Source of the DNA: a virus
Virus record (IMG/VR): IMGVR_UViG_3300043409_002481
Span: 11,700 to 75,699 of that record
Length of the DNA stretch: 64,000 nucleotides
Direction: 5' to 3' (one strand)
The notes beneath the pieces were generated by a model. It saw only the letters and a list, made by a program, of their open reading frames with translations, was not told the DNA's origin and made no database searches. Positions 1-10,564 of the stretch are shown piece by piece (position 1 is the stretch's first letter; each line of letters starts with the position of its first letter). The position numbers were made by a program, and so were the translations under genes.

Positions 1-1
1 T

Positions 2-2392
2 TCGGCTGCAATTACTGGTACTTTAGCAGTCGTCACCCCGACGATCGCTGCTTTTAAATTACTAGCAGGGGCAATCGTTGAGAAGACTGTTGCAGAAAAT
101 GCATCAGTAGCAGCTACCACAAGGTCAACGGCTGCTGTTGTTTCTCAAGGTGTTGCACAAGGCGCGACAGCCATCAAAACTAAAGCTAGCGCGATCGCGA
201 CTGGCTTATATAGCCTTGCTACCACAAAGGTTACGGGTGATTTAATTCTAACTAATGCCCAATTAGCGATCAAGAATGTGCAACTAGGGTTGGTTGCTGC
301 TAAGACAGCGATCGCCACAGGCGCGACGGCTTTATATTCTGGTGCTACGAATATACTTACGGGATCGTTAACGGCTGCTACAGGGGCGGCTAGTGCTTTG
401 ATTATCCCTTTAGGTTTAGCGGCTGCCGCTGCTGGTGTTTTGTTCGCACAAATCAAAGCAAACCAGATCGCTGAATCGTTGGATGCACTTAACGCGACAG
501 GTGTAGGCGTAAAAACTTTAGGTGATGAAGCAATTAGATCTGCTACCAAGGCTCAAACATTTAGTAACCAATTAAAAGGACTAACTGCTGATGGTAAAAA
601 AGCCAGTGAGCAGCAAATCACTGACGCAAAAAATCTAGTAAAAGCCAATGAAGAAAGATTAAAGGCGATCGCTGAGCAAGAAAATAAAATCAAACAAGGT
701 GGCGCGATTGATGAGACTAAAGGCACTCGCGAAGCTCAGCTATTAGATCTTAAGCAATCAGAAAATGCTTTAAAAGGACAAAACGACACACTCAAGGAGC
801 AAATCAAATTAAATGAAACTAATGCAACTGCATCGGCAAAATTTGGGGCGGCTGCACAAGTAAATACCGAGGAACTCAAAAAACAAGCGATCGCACTAAA
901 GGAAACCCAAAACCAAGACGCTGAAAAAGGTATCAAGCGCTCCTTTGATGATGGCAAGGCTAAACGCGATCGCGAGAATGCTGATGCAATCAAAGCAATC
1001 GAAGAGAAAAATGCACTCGCTAAAGGTGAACTAGATCGCAAGCAAGCGCTAGAAACTGAAGCGCTGAAAGAACGTCAAACCCTAGCTCTACAAGACAAGC
1101 AAAGGGCTTTTGATGAGACTCAGAACGCTAAAAAACTACAACTTGAAGATGCTCTTGACGCTAAAAAACGTGCAAATGAGGAGAAACTTAACGCGCTTAA
1201 ACAAGCATTTGACGATAAGCAAAACGCGCTCAAGGAGCAACGAGCAGAGAAGCAACGCAAAGATGATGAGGCATTTGCTAAGGCGCGTTCAGAACGTGAT
1301 AAACAAGCATCTGAGGCTTTATCAGGTGCTAAGCAACTAATCAGTAACGAAGGTACGATCGCCACTGCCAAACCAGAAGATCGGGCTAAGATTGCGGCGC
1401 AACTTGAAGAAGAAAACCGCATCAGAGCGCAGGCGGCGCAACAAGGTCAAGGCGGTGTGCAAAGTCAAGAGCAGTTAGTTGCACAAGCCAAGCAAATCGC
1501 GCAAGTATCAGCGATCGCCACGGGTGAAGAGCAGAAAAAAGTACAGCTTGCATTAGATGAGTTGGAGAAAGCAAATAAAGCTAAGCAAGCTGAAATTGAT
1601 AAAGCTGAGGATGCAAAACGTACTGAAGAAAAACGAGCTAGTGACAAAGCTTTTGAAGCTGAGCTAAATGCGTCTAAACTCGCTTTCGATGCTGAGCAAA
1701 ACACCGCAAAACTCAACTTTGAGAACACTGTACTCAAACCTGAAAAACAAAAAATCGAAGCTGAGTTACAAGCGAGTAAATTAGCCTTTGAACGTGGCGA
1801 ATTAGCAGCGCTCAAAACACAGCAAGCAGCCGATGAACGGGCGCTTAAACTACAACAAACTAACGAGGATTTAGCAGCTAAGAAAGCGGCTGACGCTGAG
1901 TTAGAGTCGATTAAGCTAGCTCAAAAAGAGAAAGAGTTAGCACTAGATCGCGCCTTTGAAGATGCAAAGATTGAACGTGAGAGAGCATTTAAGGAGCAAC
2001 AAAGGGCGCTAGACAAAGCATCTGCAATCGAGATACAGCAAATCCTTGGTAAGTCTGCACAGCAAATTATTAGCGCTTTGACATTGGCAACTAAAGGTGG
2101 TACATCACTTAGCGCCGCTACTGGTGTTGGTGCTCCTAAACTTCCGTCATTTAGTGAAGGTGTTACCAATTTTAAAGGCGGTTTAGCTTTGGTGCATCAA
2201 GGCGAAGCGCTAGTAAATTTACCTAGAGGATCAGACGTTATTCCTGCCAATCAAACCAAGCAGATCATGAATAATAATTCGGGCGGTAACAAAACCTATA
2301 ACGTAAATGTGACGACTGGCGGCGGCGATCCTACTGAGATCGCCTTGCAGATTCAGAGAGAGATGGCGCGATCGGCGGCGTTGAGTAGTTAA
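2..2392 (+). CDS. Tail tape measure protein, C-terminal part (frame open from window start)
   Basis: Ala/Gly-rich hydrophobic stretch, long coiled coil, and typical TMP C-terminus (PSFSEGVTNFKGGLALVHQGEALVNLPRGSDVIPA). No stop in this frame from nt 2. Confidence 0.85.
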   Translation, partial: SAAITGTLAVVTPTIAAFKLLAGAIVEKTVAENASVAATTRSTAAVVSQGVAQGATAIKTKASAIATGLYSLATTKVTGDLILTNAQLAIKNVQLGLVAAKTAIATGATALYSGATNILTGSLTAATGAASALIIPLGLAAAAAGVLFAQIKANQIAESLDALNATGVGVKTLGDEAIRSATKAQTFSNQLKGLTADGKKASEQQITDAKNLVKANEERLKAIAEQENKIKQGGAIDETKGTREAQLLDLKQSENALKGQNDTLKEQIKLNETNATASAKFGAAAQVNTEELKKQAIALKETQNQDAEKGIKRSFDDGKAKRDRENADAIKAIEEKNALAKGELDRKQALETEALKERQTLALQDKQRAFDETQNAKKLQLEDALDAKKRANEEKLNALKQAFDDKQNALKEQRAEKQRKDDEAFAKARSERDKQASEALSGAKQLISNEGTIATAKPEDRAKIAAQLEEENRIRAQAAQQGQGGVQSQEQLVAQAKQIAQVSAIATGEEQKKVQLALDELEKANKAKQAEIDKAEDAKRTEEKRASDKAFEAELNASKLAFDAEQNTAKLNFENTVLKPEKQKIEAELQASKLAFERGELAALKTQQAADERALKLQQTNEDLAAKKAADAELESIKLAQKEKELALDRAFEDAKIERERAFKEQQRALDKASAIEIQQILGKSAQQIISALTLATKGGTSLSAATGVGAPKLPSFSEGVTNFKGGLALVHQGEALVNLPRGSDVIPANQTKQIMNNNSGGNKTYNVNVTTGGGDPTEIALQIQREMARSAALSS

Positions 2393-2417
2393 AATATCTA
2401 AAAGCTAAGGTGAAGCG

Positions 2418-2726
2418 ATGACAACTTTTAATCTACAACTCGAAGATAAAATCTACAAAATCGATCTGTATCCAGAAGTGCGAGTTGCTATAACCCGTCA
2501 CATGGTGCAGCTATACACAGAGTTTTGCGCTGTGAATCCTAATAAGCCAGTGACCTTTGATGAGTATCTAGATTTTGTAGCAACGCAGTCACATCCCGAA
2601 AATCATAGCCAAATAGTTGAGGCTGAAGTTATAAGCGACGATGAGATTAATATTTTGTGCGACCAAATGCGGCGCAAAGATAAGATGATCGATGCATTGC
2701 TAGAGGCGATCGGTAAGATGAAGTGA
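2418..2726 (+). CDS. Hypothetical protein
   Basis: 102-aa ORF with AAGGTG RBS directly after the TMP gene. Confidence 0.55.
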   Translation: MTTFNLQLEDKIYKIDLYPEVRVAITRHMVQLYTEFCAVNPNKPVTFDEYLDFVATQSHPENHSQIVEAEVISDDEINILCDQMRRKDKMIDALLEAIGKMK

Positions 2727-2995
2727 TATCTAAATACTAAACAGAGTTGAGAGATCTATAACTTTCCCTAATCTATTTAGACAACCTTTGCGACCTCGAC
2801 TGATAACAATTTGGCAACACCTTGTATAATGCAAATCCTTATTAGATACAGGTATATGCCGATTGCGATCGGCTGATAAGGAGATATTACCGTTAGTCTC
2901 TTCAGCGCCGCAAATATCGCAAACTTGCATAATCTTGTTTTGATAGGTTAGTTAATTATTGCAAGTATCTCGCAGGATTTTGTATAGGAAATTAC

Positions 2996-3035
2996 GCAAC
3001 AAAAAAGCCGATCAAGCGATCGGCTTTTTTGTTGC
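2996..3035. terminator. Bidirectional intrinsic terminator
   Basis: gcaacaaaaaagccgatc-aagc-gatcggcttttttgttgc inverted repeat with A/T tracts. Confidence 0.8.
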
Positions 3036-3088
3036 AAGGGGTGACTCACCGCTAAGAATAGGGTTTAACCTTGCATGGTTATTTTAGC

Positions 3089-3238
3089 TTAATCCCGAAT
3101 TAACTTATGCTCTAATTCTGGATAATGCTTACGGATTGCTTGCTTTGTGAATTGTGTTGTATCAATGGGGAACGGATTATATACTTTGGGTTTGGGATCT
3201 GCCCTTGGTAGTATTTGCGTGATGTCGAATTGTTCCAT
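3089..3238 (-). CDS. 49-aa small protein, paralog of 54347-54496
   Basis: Hand-translated MEQFDITQILPRADPKPKVYNPFPIDTTQFTKQAIRKHYPELEHKLIRD; same length and largely identical to the second copy. Confidence 0.8.
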   Translation of the reverse strand: MEQFDITQILPRADPKPKVYNPFPIDTTQFTKQAIRKHYPELEHKLIRD

Positions 3239-3242
3239 GATG

Positions 3243-4025
3243 TTAACCGATTAACATCTGCCAATTTTTAACATCGCGCAAATAAGCGATCGCCTTGTCA
3301 GAACATTCCGATGGCACATAATCGGTAATGATTTTACGAGGTGCAGAGCCTAGTAAACTTTCACCTGTCTGAGCTTCAATTGCTTCTAAAACCTCTTTAA
3401 CGGCTTTACCTGTCTTAAAAGTAATCCCATAGCGTGATTTCATGTAGTCTTTGAGTTGAGCGCACGTTTGACCAATGTATTTAACTTGTTGCCCGTCGCG
3501 ATCGTCAAAGACTTCGATTGTCGGTTTCTCAATCTCGACTACTGCATCAGATTTACCCTCTAGCATCAAAGCAATAGGCAACCCATGAAGCGCGATTCTG
3601 TTATCTTGCCTTGTTGACCATTCAAGCATCAGACGCATATTCTCGTTGGCAAGTTCAAGCTCACGGATACGATCGTTTTGTTTTGGGATAACAGCCCTGA
3701 TAATTTGCTTAGCTTCAGAAAAAGCAGCTACTAAATCTAATTTGCAATCAACAACAGCATCAGTATTTTTACTGAATGTCATCAAAGTAGTAGCCTGATT
3801 TTCTGTGAGTAGTGCATATTTCTCAGGACGACCGCCCTGACTACCTTCTATGGGTTTATCGATTTCAAATCGCACAACCCCAAAACGATCTTCGATCCTT
3901 GTCTGGTAACGTTTTAGAGTCTTCATGAAACTCTGATGCTCAATATTTAATCTCGCAGCAATCAAACGGGAATCTACAACTAGATCACCGTTTTGCTCAG
4001 TAACTTGTAAACTTGAATTAGACAT
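3243..4025 (-). CDS. Rha-family phage regulatory/antirepressor protein
   Basis: VVDSRLIAARLNIEH...GGRPEKYALLTENQATTLMTFSKNT...KLDLVAAF Rha signature. Confidence 0.85.
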   Translation of the reverse strand: MSNSSLQVTEQNGDLVVDSRLIAARLNIEHQSFMKTLKRYQTRIEDRFGVVRFEIDKPIEGSQGGRPEKYALLTENQATTLMTFSKNTDAVVDCKLDLVAAFSEAKQIIRAVIPKQNDRIRELELANENMRLMLEWSTRQDNRIALHGLPIALMLEGKSDAVVEIEKPTIEVFDDRDGQQVKYIGQTCAQLKDYMKSRYGITFKTGKAVKEVLEAIEAQTGESLLGSAPRKIITDYVPSECSDKAIAYLRDVKNWQMLIG

Positions 4026-4111
4026 ATAGCCTCGCTATTAGGTTATGTGGATAGCTTGCGTGATAACAAGCTGTAGGCGATTACTGTGATAAAGGTAGTC
4101 GCCTTAATATT

Positions 4112-4342
4112 TTAGCATTTTTCAGCTTTTATCTTAGCTCTTGACTCTGCTTGCTTTAGTCGCATGTATTGCTTGCCATCATCCGTTTTAAGCCAACAGG
4201 CGCGGCAAATAGTGAGAGGCGAGTCTGATCTGAGTTGGCGATCGCATTGCGTACAGTAGTAGCGTGGTTTGTCTGCTGTACGCTTTAGATAGGCGGCGCG
4301 ATCTATTTCGGCGCGTGATTTAGGCATTTTTACTTTGCCCAT
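4112..4342 (-). CDS. Small CxxC zinc-finger protein
   Basis: CTQC...CRAC; last gene of a three-gene operon starting at 4809. Confidence 0.55.
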   Translation of the reverse strand: MGKVKMPKSRAEIDRAAYLKRTADKPRYYCTQCDRQLRSDSPLTICRACWLKTDDGKQYMRLKQAESRAKIKAEKC

Positions 4343-4538
4343 GTAAAAGTTTTTGATTGATTTCTACATATTCCAACTCAGAAATAAATTCTGGGTTGTC
4401 GGTTTTATAGTCTGGAAGTAAATTAATCAATTCAGCGATTGCATTACAGTAATGTTGATCGCTAGAGCAAGGGGCGCAATCTGCTTTTATTCTCATTAAA
4501 AGCAGATTGTTTAAAACTTTAAGCAGAGATTTGTGCAT
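4320..4538 (-). CDS. Hypothetical protein
   Basis: Overlapping operon ORF. Confidence 0.45.
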   Translation of the reverse strand: MHKSLLKVLNNLLLMRIKADCAPCSSDQHYCNAIAELINLLPDYKTDNPEFISELEYVEINQKLLHGQSKNA

Positions 4539-4809
4539 ATTTAGCGCTCTTTGCGATTTCAGTAATTAGTAAATTAGCTGCGGGGCTGCAATCAGTAATT
4601 TTTAGTAGTCTTTTCAAAGCTCTATAAGTTCTAGCTACAACCTTGCCAGACTCATCGCGAAAACTTCTACCTACTCCAATGAGCTTGCTGTCTGGGGTGA
4701 AAGAGAATGCTTGCAATGTTTCGTCATGCTCTTGAGGTGTAGCACCCGTAGATACATAAATAAAATGACCGTTTTTTTGGAAGCAATATTCAACTTGTAA
4801 TGTTTTCAT
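4519..4809 (-). CDS. Hypothetical protein
   Basis: ORF downstream of a TTGACA promoter and AAGG RBS. Confidence 0.55.
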   Translation of the reverse strand: MKTLQVEYCFQKNGHFIYVSTGATPQEHDETLQAFSFTPDSKLIGVGRSFRDESGKVVARTYRALKRLLKITDCSPAANLLITEIAKSAKYAQISA

Positions 4810-4825
4810 TGTCTTTTGCCTTGCA

Positions 4826-4872
4826 TGTTTAACTCAATGATCTATTATTGATCGATATCCTGTATTTGTCAA
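4826..4872 (-). promoter_or_regulatory. Sigma70-type promoter with 30-bp leader identical to 27825-27854
   Basis: TTGACA followed by TCGATCAATAATAGATCATTGAGTTAAACA on the minus strand. Confidence 0.7.
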
Positions 4873-5076
4873 CTACTATTTACAACTAATTTAGACACAA
4901 AAAAGACGACCTTGCGATCGCCTTCAAATTCTCAAAAAATCATTACAAATCCACAAATCAAAAAACAATCGGCTTTTTAGTTCGCTCCTTAGAATCTAGG
5001 TCAGTCGAAATTTAACGCGATCAAAATGTAGCATAGATTGATGTGCGATAATTAATCAAAATCCCTTGACTTACTC

Positions 5077-5706
5077 ATGGCAAAGTACTGGCTAGACACT
5101 GAATTTATTGAAGACGGCAAAACTATAGATTTGATTTCTATCGGTATTGTTTGCGAAGATGGGCGCAAATATTACGCGATTAATAGTTGGTGTGACTTTT
5201 CCAAGGCTAGTCAGTGGGTCAAGGAAAATGTTATAGCCAAATTACCTGATTCATTTGTTAATCCTCAAACCGCATCACCGTCAGAAGTTGAGGGAATGTT
5301 TTACTGGAAGGATAAACCGACGATCGCTAAAGAAGTCGCTGAGTTTTTTGAGTGCATTGGCAATCCAGAGTCAATTATTGATGATGGCTTATACCCTCGC
5401 TTTATGCGATGGCTAGGGTTTTCAAGTGTAGGAATTAAATTAAAATATCACTGGGAATGCGCAGAAAAGCCCGAAATTTGGGCTTACTATGCAGATTATG
5501 ATTGGGTCGTATTCTGTCAACTTTTTGGCGCAATGATGGATTTACCCAAAGGATTCCCCATGTATTGCCGTGATATTAAACAAGAATGCGATCGCCTTGG
5601 TAATCCTAAATTACCAGAGCAAGGCAAGGGTGAACACGATGCCTTAGCTGATGCTCTTTGGAATAAACAAGCTTATGAATTTTTGCAAGGTGTAGTGGTA
5701 AAGTAA
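5077..5706 (+). CDS. DEDDh 3'-5' exoribonuclease (Rv2179c/RNase AS-like)
   Basis: WLDTEF...LISIGIV...WAYYADYDWVVFCQLFG.M..LPKGFPMYCRD...HDALADA motifs. Confidence 0.85.
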   Translation: MAKYWLDTEFIEDGKTIDLISIGIVCEDGRKYYAINSWCDFSKASQWVKENVIAKLPDSFVNPQTASPSEVEGMFYWKDKPTIAKEVAEFFECIGNPESIIDDGLYPRFMRWLGFSSVGIKLKYHWECAEKPEIWAYYADYDWVVFCQLFGAMMDLPKGFPMYCRDIKQECDRLGNPKLPEQGKGEHDALADALWNKQAYEFLQGVVVK

Positions 5707-6440
5707 TGGCTGCAGGCGATCTCACACTCGTATATTTTGGGCGTAGCTATACCTTTACATTTAGTGGTAGCGCCATAACCCCATCGACGCAAGTATTTGC
5801 GGTTGACGATATCGTGCGCTTTACCACCACAGGCACATTACCAACGGGATTAGCGTTAAACACTAGCTATTATGTCGCGAGTGTAGGCGCAACGATTACC
5901 GTATCAGCTACGCAGGGGGGATCGGCTATAAGTCTTAGCGGTGGCAGTGGTACGCACTCGATTCGCGTTTACCTGAGTGTGGTATTTAGGAATTTTAGCT
6001 CTGATTCTCCACCGCCCCGCCAAAGTTCTCGACTATCAGGAAATGGGACTTTTAGCGTAAATGGTGCTTTTGTTGATACGGGCATAAGCTTTGAAGATCC
6101 TCAGCAATATAATATTCAGTCAAAAGTATCTATTGCTGATGCGCTAAAGCTTAAAGCGATGTGGACTACTGCTAATAATATAAGGCGCGAAGCTCAAGTG
6201 CTAACGGGTTCGCCATACTTAGAATTGATTGATGAAATTACTTTATATTTTGAGGAAGGGAAAACATCAGCAACCAAAACGCGATCATCTGTTGGCACTC
6301 CCTTTCAGCAAAATGGCGGTGTAAATTATTACCCTAAGCTGCAAGTAAAAATGCCAATCGAGCCAACGTTTAGCCCAGATACTGGCGTTGGTAATGTGAT
6401 GGCGGTGTTTGAATTACAGGAAACGGGGGTTAAAATATGA
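5706..6440 (+). CDS. Putative tail (distal-tail-like) protein
   Basis: Beta-rich virion-type sequence (TTTGTLPTGLALNTSYYV) in a coupled operon after the TMP. Confidence 0.6.
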   Translation: MAAGDLTLVYFGRSYTFTFSGSAITPSTQVFAVDDIVRFTTTGTLPTGLALNTSYYVASVGATITVSATQGGSAISLSGGSGTHSIRVYLSVVFRNFSSDSPPPRQSSRLSGNGTFSVNGAFVDTGISFEDPQQYNIQSKVSIADALKLKAMWTTANNIRREAQVLTGSPYLELIDEITLYFEEGKTSATKTRSSVGTPFQQNGGVNYYPKLQVKMPIEPTFSPDTGVGNVMAVFELQETGVKI

Positions 6441-8455
6441 CCGTTAATCTAAGCTCTCGCAATTTTTCTTTAACGATTGCTGGAGTAGATCGCACATCAG
6501 AACTCGATTCCATCACCCTCTCGCAACCATCAACATTAGAGCAGCGTCATGCACCAACTACAGGATCGATAACTTTAACTTTTAACCCTCTCAGATATAA
6601 CGAATTTATAACTATTGGCAATCCTACAACAGCAGCTAATTGGGCGGTAGAGGCGGCTGTAGTTTATCAAGTTGCTAATGATTCAGGAACGCTCGTTAAT
6701 TATTTTACTGGCTTTATCCTCAAGGAGCCATCACCGCCAAATATAGGCTTTAACGAGGGGACATTACAGATTGATGTTGGTGATATCCTTGCTTATCAAA
6801 GTCAACGCACAGTCGATCGCGATGTCTCTGGCGTAACGATTGGTACTAATACCGATCGCGACGAGATTGTGGTTAGAGTGCTGGAAGATGCGGGAATTAC
6901 AGCTCACTCTATCCCCTCACTTGGATACCCATTCAATACACCAATCCAAAAAACAGGCGGATCGCCTATTAAGTTTGTAGGCGATTTAGTAGGAGCCGAT
7001 CGCCATGTGCTTTACTGCAATGCATCAGGCACGGTAATAGCGTCGCCTATTGATTTAGCTGCTACAGCGATCGCTACCCTCACAATTGGGCAAGATGAGG
7101 AAAAGTTTCCCCCTGTTGATGGCTCTTCTATTCCCACGGTTACAGAGCTTACGATTTCGGGTGTAGTGCAAGAGCCTGACCAAGGCGAATACCCGATCCT
7201 GTCGGTTTTAGAGCGCTATATAACTTATCGATCATTAGGGTTTTCTGCCGAATATCGAGTGCTAGTGAATCGCACGACAGAGGATATTCAGTCTGAAAAT
7301 TACAAAGCTTCTTATTCGGAAATACATTATTCTGTGATTGAAGCCGATCTGTTGCAAGGATTTGTACTGAGAGAGGGGGATTACTTTGCAATAAATTTAC
7401 AAGAAGAGTTTACAGAATTTGATTTGCTTTTTAGGCTTAAACGAAAAACTTTAAAAAGATATTTAAGATTTAGCGTTGTTTCTAATTTAGTTGAAGTCAG
7501 TTTTCTAACTCCATTTTTAGAAAGCTATAGAGAGGTTGAAGAATACGAATACAACGAAGAGACAGGCGCGATTGCGGAAATTAAAACCACTATTTTTTAT
7601 GGTGAGGTCACAACCACTAGCGTGAGTGCTAGCCTTACCTTGAACACCATAACCCGCACTGCATATCAGAAAAATGGAACTTTTTGGGCTAAAACAGTAA
7701 CCACGGAGCTGAACATTCAACCGCCTGACGTGTTTGCTGGTAACGAACGGAGGAATATAACAATTAATGGCGCTGTATTTCCTGTTGTAGGCTGCGTGGA
7801 TAATTTACAGCCTACAACAGAAGAAAGCACAAGTGTAATAGAGACTAAAAACGACAGCTCAACCCGCCCACCATCAATCACCTATAGCGAGGCAGTAAAA
7901 ACCAGAAACAAAGAAGTATCAGCAACAGTAACCGCAATCCCTTTAGCTGGTGTGCCTAGCAAAGAGAAACACGAGCCTCTAACTGTGGATTGGCTAACTA
8001 GCGATGCGCAAGCTCTTGAGTATGGACAATTAGAGATAGTGCTGATTAATGGGCGCAAACAATGCCGATTTATGGTCACAGCATTGACTGATGTCCTCTT
8101 AACTTTGCGCCCTCGCAGTAGAATTGATATTGTTTTTAACGGGATTTTGTACAGGTGCTTAGCAGATGCGATTACATTTAGTCAAGATTTGACTAAGCGA
8201 AGCATCGGCTTTATGTGCGATGTCATCTCGACTAGCCCTGCTGATACGCCTAGCACGGTTTATCGTCCTGTTACTCCAATACTCTCTCTAAGAGGAGCTA
8301 TAACTATTGATGCGATCGCTTCGGGAGAATTTACTCAATCCTTTGATGTTGGCACGATCATTATTGATGCTGTTGTCAATGGAGTATTAGCGGTACAAGG
8401 TCAGATTGATGGTGAAATCACTATTGATGTAATCACTTTTGGAATATTAAATTAG
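6437..8455 (+). CDS. Putative tail tip/baseplate hub protein
   Basis: 672 aa, Thr/Val-rich, positioned after TMP and the Dit-like gene. Confidence 0.6.
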   Translation: MTVNLSSRNFSLTIAGVDRTSELDSITLSQPSTLEQRHAPTTGSITLTFNPLRYNEFITIGNPTTAANWAVEAAVVYQVANDSGTLVNYFTGFILKEPSPPNIGFNEGTLQIDVGDILAYQSQRTVDRDVSGVTIGTNTDRDEIVVRVLEDAGITAHSIPSLGYPFNTPIQKTGGSPIKFVGDLVGADRHVLYCNASGTVIASPIDLAATAIATLTIGQDEEKFPPVDGSSIPTVTELTISGVVQEPDQGEYPILSVLERYITYRSLGFSAEYRVLVNRTTEDIQSENYKASYSEIHYSVIEADLLQGFVLREGDYFAINLQEEFTEFDLLFRLKRKTLKRYLRFSVVSNLVEVSFLTPFLESYREVEEYEYNEETGAIAEIKTTIFYGEVTTTSVSASLTLNTITRTAYQKNGTFWAKTVTTELNIQPPDVFAGNERRNITINGAVFPVVGCVDNLQPTTEESTSVIETKNDSSTRPPSITYSEAVKTRNKEVSATVTAIPLAGVPSKEKHEPLTVDWLTSDAQALEYGQLEIVLINGRKQCRFMVTALTDVLLTLRPRSRIDIVFNGILYRCLADAITFSQDLTKRSIGFMCDVISTSPADTPSTVYRPVTPILSLRGAITIDAIASGEFTQSFDVGTIIIDAVVNGVLAVQGQIDGEITIDVITFGILN

Positions 8456-8465
8456 GAGAATCAAA

Positions 8466-8849
8466 ATGGGACATGGCAACGCATTTGGAGATGATCAGGC
8501 GCAAAACATTCAGATAGCGATCGATCAAGGAACGGGCGCTGGTAAACTCAAGATTTATACCGCGGCTTTTGCAACCTTATTGGTCAATTTTACATTACCA
8601 GATCCTTGCGCTCCCTCAGTCGTGACTAACTCAAAAAAGATAGTCTTTAATGCCATCACGCCTGTAAATGCGGCGGCATCAGGCACGGCAGCAGCCTATC
8701 GATTGACCGATAGCGACGACGTAACTATTTATGAGCAAGATAATCAAGTAGGGGTAAATGGCAGTGGTAGACAGCTAATTATGAATACTACAACAATTAC
8801 TTCTGGTGTACCTCAAAACGTTGTTAGCCTTGAAATTGGCTATGCATAA
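8466..8849 (+). CDS. Virion structural protein
   Basis: GAGKLKIYT...ASGTAAAYRLTDS motif common in tail-associated proteins; GGAG RBS. Confidence 0.6.
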   Translation: MGHGNAFGDDQAQNIQIAIDQGTGAGKLKIYTAAFATLLVNFTLPDPCAPSVVTNSKKIVFNAITPVNAAASGTAAAYRLTDSDDVTIYEQDNQVGVNGSGRQLIMNTTTITSGVPQNVVSLEIGYA

Positions 8850-10141
8850 TGGATAATCTCACCCCAGCCCAAAAAGTACGATTACAACTTGAGAAACAAA
8901 TAACTCAAGATGCGATCGCTCGCGCGAGAAGGATTAATCGCGAATCAACTTCTATTTTGCCTACCTTCATGGGCGCTGATGGGAAAATCAAGAGGATTGG
9001 GCATGGTGAGCAAAGAACTGCGATCGCCACTAACTTGTTTTACAGCGAAGGAGAAGAAATGCGCCCTATCCCCGTTAGAGGTGGTTTGCCAATGGTGGAT
9101 AATAAACCTTTAATAGCTCCTAGCCTAGTTCCTATTCCTGTCGTATTAGCTGGTTTACCAATCAAAATACTGCTTCAAAATGGTAGTGATCTTTATATTG
9201 GAGGCGATCGCGATCCTGAGCAAATATACACAATCCCTAGTGGCAGATTTTTAAGTAATTCTTCGATAAAATCTACGGGATTAGCATCTAATGATTATGT
9301 TGTTAATTTTGTATTGAGTCCTGTTTCAGGGAATCTTTATGATTTTTGTTCTATAAAGAACGGCGTTTTTAGTAGTCGCGAAGTTGACTTGACTTGGACA
9401 TTTACTGCTGATGTCCTGAACTCTTCTGGCGATATAGTTACAGAAAGTTTTGACGGCTCTGGGCTTCAAGTCTCTACTTATTTTGATAATGATTTTTGCT
9501 TTATCGTCAACACAGTATTTTATTCGCTGGAAAATCAAGATATTGACGGGAACGTAATTGGATACAAGGATTCTCAGCTTTTTGCTAAAAGTCGATACGT
9601 TGATGTAAGAAACAATCTAAACGCCGATATAGATGAATTATCGGTGACACTAGCAGACAATGGGATAACGTCTAGCTTTGCATCACCATTAACACTACCG
9701 CTTAACCAAACTAAACGAGTTGATGGGCAAATAGTAATATTTGCACAAGATGACGGCTCTGGCGGATTTCTTCTTAGCGGTGGTACTAGCGATATTCTTT
9801 ATTCGACTGGTATAGATAATAATTCGGTGATATTTCAAAGTTATTTAAATAATACTATCCAATTATTTACGGGTGCAGCGCTAGATCTGACATCAAGCTA
9901 TCCTTCTTCGGTCATAAATCCGCCTAGTTATACTCTAAATGTTTTTGATGTTTTCCGAATCAATTTAATCGATAGCAGTAAATTCACTTTAATCAAAGAG
10001 CTAAAGCCTGACGGGACTGCTGATGTTTATGTAGCTAATTTAGGAGCGAATATTATTTATCAACCTTTACAGACAGTTGATTACACAACTTTTAACGAGA
10101 CTTACACTTTACTTTGTGCAACATCTTATACACCGCAATGA
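8849..10141 (+). CDS. Putative tail protein
   Basis: 430-aa beta-rich ORF coupled in the tail operon. Confidence 0.55.
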   Translation: MDNLTPAQKVRLQLEKQITQDAIARARRINRESTSILPTFMGADGKIKRIGHGEQRTAIATNLFYSEGEEMRPIPVRGGLPMVDNKPLIAPSLVPIPVVLAGLPIKILLQNGSDLYIGGDRDPEQIYTIPSGRFLSNSSIKSTGLASNDYVVNFVLSPVSGNLYDFCSIKNGVFSSREVDLTWTFTADVLNSSGDIVTESFDGSGLQVSTYFDNDFCFIVNTVFYSLENQDIDGNVIGYKDSQLFAKSRYVDVRNNLNADIDELSVTLADNGITSSFASPLTLPLNQTKRVDGQIVIFAQDDGSGGFLLSGGTSDILYSTGIDNNSVIFQSYLNNTIQLFTGAALDLTSSYPSSVINPPSYTLNVFDVFRINLIDSSKFTLIKELKPDGTADVYVANLGANIIYQPLQTVDYTTFNETYTLLCATSYTPQ

Positions 10142-10401
10142 GTACTTCAGAAACCATTCAAACCATTTTATCTCGCGCTTACACGCAAAGCATTGTGGCA
10201 ATGCGTATTCGTCTCACCCAAGACGATAATCAACAAACTTTTAGTGCTACTTATCTAGGAGCAAACAAAGTCCAGCTTGCTAATGGCGATATTCGACCAG
10301 CTCAAAATCAAGGCACAAAAGAGGTAGCAATAGGCGAGTCTGTGACAGTCATTTTCCCATTGCATTCTGGGATTGGGTTTTATACGAGTAAGATTTTTTG
10401 A
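10138..10401 (+). CDS. Small tail-associated protein
   Basis: ATGA overlap with the previous gene. Confidence 0.5.
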   Translation: MSTSETIQTILSRAYTQSIVAMRIRLTQDDNQQTFSATYLGANKVQLANGDIRPAQNQGTKEVAIGESVTVIFPLHSGIGFYTSKIF

Positions 10402-10564
10402 ACAAAAAAGCCCATGATGCATATTCAGGATAGATATTCTTGGAGATCGCCAGCTCAGAGGCTCCAGCTACAACACCCAAAACGGTTAGCCATTGTGTAG
10501 AGTTCATTTGAAATTCCTTGAAAAAGTGTCATAATCATTCTAATACTTTCTTCCTGTTTCAATA

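Noticed and set aside
145-2169. Several minus-strand ORFs opposite the tape measure gene
   Set aside because: Antisense shadows of Ala/Glu/Lys codon bias, with no RBS or motifs.
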